Source: Eledone cirrhosa
Lineage: Eukaryota
Assembly (NCBI GenBank): GCA_964016885.1
Contig: OZ024766.1
Coordinates: 20,956,001 to 21,020,000 of the forward strand
Length of the DNA stretch: 64,000 bases
Direction: 5' to 3'
The position numbers were made by a program, and so were the translations under genes. This document shows, piece after piece, positions 62,567-64,000 of the stretch (positions are counted from its first letter, which is position 1; each line of letters starts with the position of its first letter). A model generated the notes under the pieces. That model was not told the origin of the DNA and searched no databases. It saw only the letters and a list, made by a program, of their open reading frames with translations.

Positions 62567-64000
62567 ATGTCCATAGTATCAGAGCTGTGATCTCTCAATT
62601 CAGAGAAGTAACAGCTCTACCTGGAGTGACTCTCCAGTGATTCTTTCCTGAGACATTCTAACCACATGTCCATAGTATCAGAGCTGTGATCTCTCAATTC
62701 AGAGAAGTAGCAGCTCTACCTGGAGTGACTCTCCAGTGATTCTTTCCTGAGACATTCTAACCACATGTCCATAGTATCAGAGCTGTGGTCTCTCAATTCA
62801 GAGAAGTAGCAGCTCTACCTGGAGTGACTCTCCAGTGATTCTTTCCTGAGACATTCTAACCACATGTCCATAGTATCAGAGCTGTGATCTCTCAATTCAG
62901 AGAAGTAGCAGCTCTACCTGGAGTGACTCTCCAGTGATTCTTTCCTGAGACATTCTAACCACATGTCCATAGTATCAGAGCTGTGGTCTCTCAATTCAGA
63001 GAAGTAGCAGCTCTACCTGGAGTGACTCTCCAGTGATTCTTTCCTGAGACATTCTAACCACATGTCCATAGTATCAGAGCTGTGATCTCTCAATTCAGAG
63101 AAGTAACAGCTCTACCTGGAGTGACTCTCCAGTGATTCTTTCCCGAGACATTCTAACCACATGTCCATAGTATCAGAGCTGTGATCTCTCAATTCAGAGA
63201 AGTAGCAGCTCTACCTGGAGAGACTCTCCAGTAATTCTTTCCTGAGACATTCTAACCACATGTCCATAGTATCAGAGCTGTGGTCTCTCAATTCAGAGAA
63301 GTAACAGCTCTACCTGGAGTGACTCTCCAGTGATTCTTTCCTGAAACATTCTAACCACATGTCCATAGTATCAGAGCTGCGATCTCTCAATTCAGAGAAG
63401 TAGCAGCTCTACCTGGAGTGACTCTCCAGTGATTCTTACCTGAGACACTCTAACCACATGTCCATAGTATCAGAGCTGTGATCTCTCAATTCAGAGAAGT
63501 AGCAGCTCTACCTGGAGTGACTCTCCAGTGATTCTTTCCTGAGACATTCTAACCACATGTCCATAGTATCAGAGCTGTGATCTCTCAATTCAGAGAAGTA
63601 ACAGCTCTACCTGGAGTGACTCTCCAGTGATTCTTTCCCCGAGACATTCTAACCACATGTCCATAGTATCAGAGCTGTGGTCTCTCAATTCAGAGAAGTA
63701 ACAGCTCTACCTGGAGTGACTCTCCAGTAATTCTTACCTGAGACACTCTAACCACATGTCCATAGTATCAGAGCTGTGGTCTCTCAATTCAGAGAAGTAG
63801 CAGCTCTACCTGGAGTGACTCTCTAGTGATTCTTTCCCGAGACATTCTAACCACATGTCCATAGTATCAGAGCTGTGATCTCTCAATTCAGAGAAGTAGC
63901 AGCTCTACCTGGACTGACTCTCCAGTGATTCTTACCTGAGACACTCTAACCACATGTCCATAGTATCAGAGCTGTGGTCTCTCAATTCAGAGAAGTAGCA
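62567..64000. repeat. 99-bp minisatellite (>14 copies, runs off the right edge)
   Basis: atgtccatagtatcagagctgtg recurs at 62567, 62666, 62765 and onward. Confidence 0.95.

Overview
Eukaryotic, very repeat-rich genomic DNA. The SINE/RTE families and microsatellite load suggest an octopod cephalopod, but that is inference. One protein-coding gene is supported: a four-coding-exon MINPP1-type histidine acid phosphatase on the + strand (45087-46662, 48578-48699, 54244-54359, 60386-61283; about 903 aa). It has a signal peptide, RHGSRYP and HAE motifs, a C-terminal KVEL, and two in-frame tandem-repeat insertions. A probable TATA/Inr promoter and short non-coding first exon of a second gene lies on the - strand near 15.4 kb. 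The rest is microsatellite plus minisatellite arrays, most of which are amplified internal pieces of LINEs and SINEs. Highlights are: a ~2.6-kb AG-free repeat separating the pyrimidine tract from the exon-3 acceptor; complementary GT-rich and CA-rich repeats at splice junctions; two RTE copies with twin-priming-like 5' inversions; an interleaved A-B-A'-B' inverted repeat just upstream of MINPP1; and a Penelope-type minimal hammerhead ribozyme. Most ORFs in the supplied track are repeat artefacts. Repeat boundaries and copy numbers are approximate hand counts.
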